Assembly (NCBI GenBank): GCA_964522845.1
Contig: CAZFZQ010000001.1
Span: 6,559-69,414, forward strand
Origin: an uncultured Gammaproteobacteria bacterium
GTDB lineage: Bacteria > Patescibacteriota > Patescibacteriia > GCA-002772895
Direction: 5' to 3'
DNA length: 62,856 nt
Below, piece by piece: positions 61,989-62,856 of this stretch. A program made the translations under genes and the position numbers. The notes beneath the pieces are model-generated. The model did no database searches. It saw nothing but the letters and a program-made list of their open reading frames with translations, and had not been told where the DNA came from. Within the stretch, counting starts at the first letter, position 1; each line of letters opens with the position of its first letter.

Positions 61989-62843
61989 TTATCTTCCGCG
62001 TACTCTGGGCAACTTTTCGGAGCTTAATCCTCTCGGCTCTAAGCGAAATGTTGTGCCGGATTCACGCACTTCTTCCAATTTGCTGAATCTCTTTGTGTGG
62101 GAGGCGAGCATGTTGTTATAAAACTTTAATTTATCTTGATAGTCGCTCCGCATAACTTCAAATTCGTCCCATTTGTCGCCAAGCTGTTTTTTTAGTTTGC
62201 GATCGGAAAAGAAATTTTTTATTCCGCCGAAGAGCCCGTTTTTTTCCAATCCGGCCTTATCTCCGGCCATATCAAGCAATTGCCGTTCCAGCCCGCCAGC
62301 TGCTTTTTTCTTGCCCGGCACCTGTTCGCCCCAAAGCTCCTGCGATGTTTCTATTAATGATTCTTGGGATGTGTAATATTGTTTTACCAAGTCATTAACA
62401 TAGCCGTCCACGGCCGCTTGCGCCCGTTCAATTATTTCCTCGGATTTTTTTATTTTATCCTGTGCCGATTTTTTCGCGTTGCCTTTATTTTGTTCAATTA
62501 TATTTTCATTCTTTGCGATGGTCTGTAAGTTCTTTTTTATTTCCGGCTGTAATAATTCCGGATAATCAAGAAGATTCGCGCGCAAATGTCTTTTTATGTC
62601 CGAACCGCCCCGCGCCTCATGTTTATCTTCCGGTTTTGTTTCAACCAATTCTTTGCGTATTTTCTTTTTTTCTTTCTTTTCTTCCACATCTACATCGCTA
62701 AAATCAAATTTATCGTCAATGTCCGCCGTCGCTTCTTTAATATTCTCCGGTTCTTCTTCTAGCCGTTTTTTTGCTTCTTTAATCGCTTCATCCCAGCCGG
62801 CTTCCTCTTCTTTTGCCTTTTTTCGTTTTTTGAAGCCCTCCAC
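61989..62843 (-). CDS. K/E-rich coiled-coil hypothetical protein (the 5' end may lie beyond the window)
   Basis: Open frame to within 13 nt of the window end, with a GTG as first candidate start. No motif recognised. Confidence 0.45.
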   Translation of the reverse strand: MEGFKKRKKAKEEEAGWDEAIKEAKKRLEEEPENIKEATADIDDKFDFSDVDVEEKKEKKKIRKELVETKPEDKHEARGGSDIKRHLRANLLDYPELLQPEIKKNLQTIAKNENIIEQNKGNAKKSAQDKIKKSEEIIERAQAAVDGYVNDLVKQYYTSQESLIETSQELWGEQVPGKKKAAGGLERQLLDMAGDKAGLEKNGLFGGIKNFFSDRKLKKQLGDKWDEFEVMRSDYQDKLKFYNNMLASHTKRFSKLEEVRESGTTFRLEPRGLSSEKLPRVRGR

Positions 62844-62856
62844 CCACTCAGCGTGG

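Overview
The window is AT-rich (roughly 40% GC by eye), bacterial, and tightly packed. Gene content and the peptide motifs derived from repeats suggest an uncultivated, reduced-genome lineage, possibly CPR/Patescibacteria-like, but this is inference only. All functional calls come from motif recognition by eye; no searches were run.

nt 1-39,200 is one very large cell-envelope glycan biosynthesis and modification locus, almost entirely on the + strand. It holds:
- 7-8 radical SAM genes (four cobalamin-domain type, three SPASM/twitch type, one orphan)
- 6 class I methyltransferases
- 4 polytopic GT-C-like membrane proteins
- 4 GT2 and 3 GT4 glycosyltransferases
- a Wzx-like flippase, an AsnB-type amidotransferase and a priming phosphoglycosyl transferase
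- UDP-sugar dehydrogenase, decarboxylase and epimerase genes

nt 39,700-62,856 carries housekeeping genes (lon, rseP, pheS, pheT, dnaE, thrS). Orphan, highly charged proteins and small cassettes sit between them. I recognised no rRNA, tRNA or CRISPR array.

Most notable observations:
1. A small GIY-YIG nuclease gene is bounded by 19-20-nt terminal inverted repeats with flanking direct duplications. There is an ORF-less copy 1 kb upstream, in a promoter -35 box. A 75-nt derivative sits in frame inside pheT.
2. At least four further families of short palindromic repeats occur both between genes and in frame inside essential genes (pheT, thrS, dnaE, one GT2). This resembles the Rickettsia palindromic elements (RPE).
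3. pheS and pheT are separated by 4.2 kb of inserted genes. Each insertion is bounded by a decayed duplicate of the pheS 3' end or the pheT 5' end.
4. The glycan locus repeats a radical SAM / methyltransferase / GT-C module, and it contains an orphan CxxxCxxC protein.
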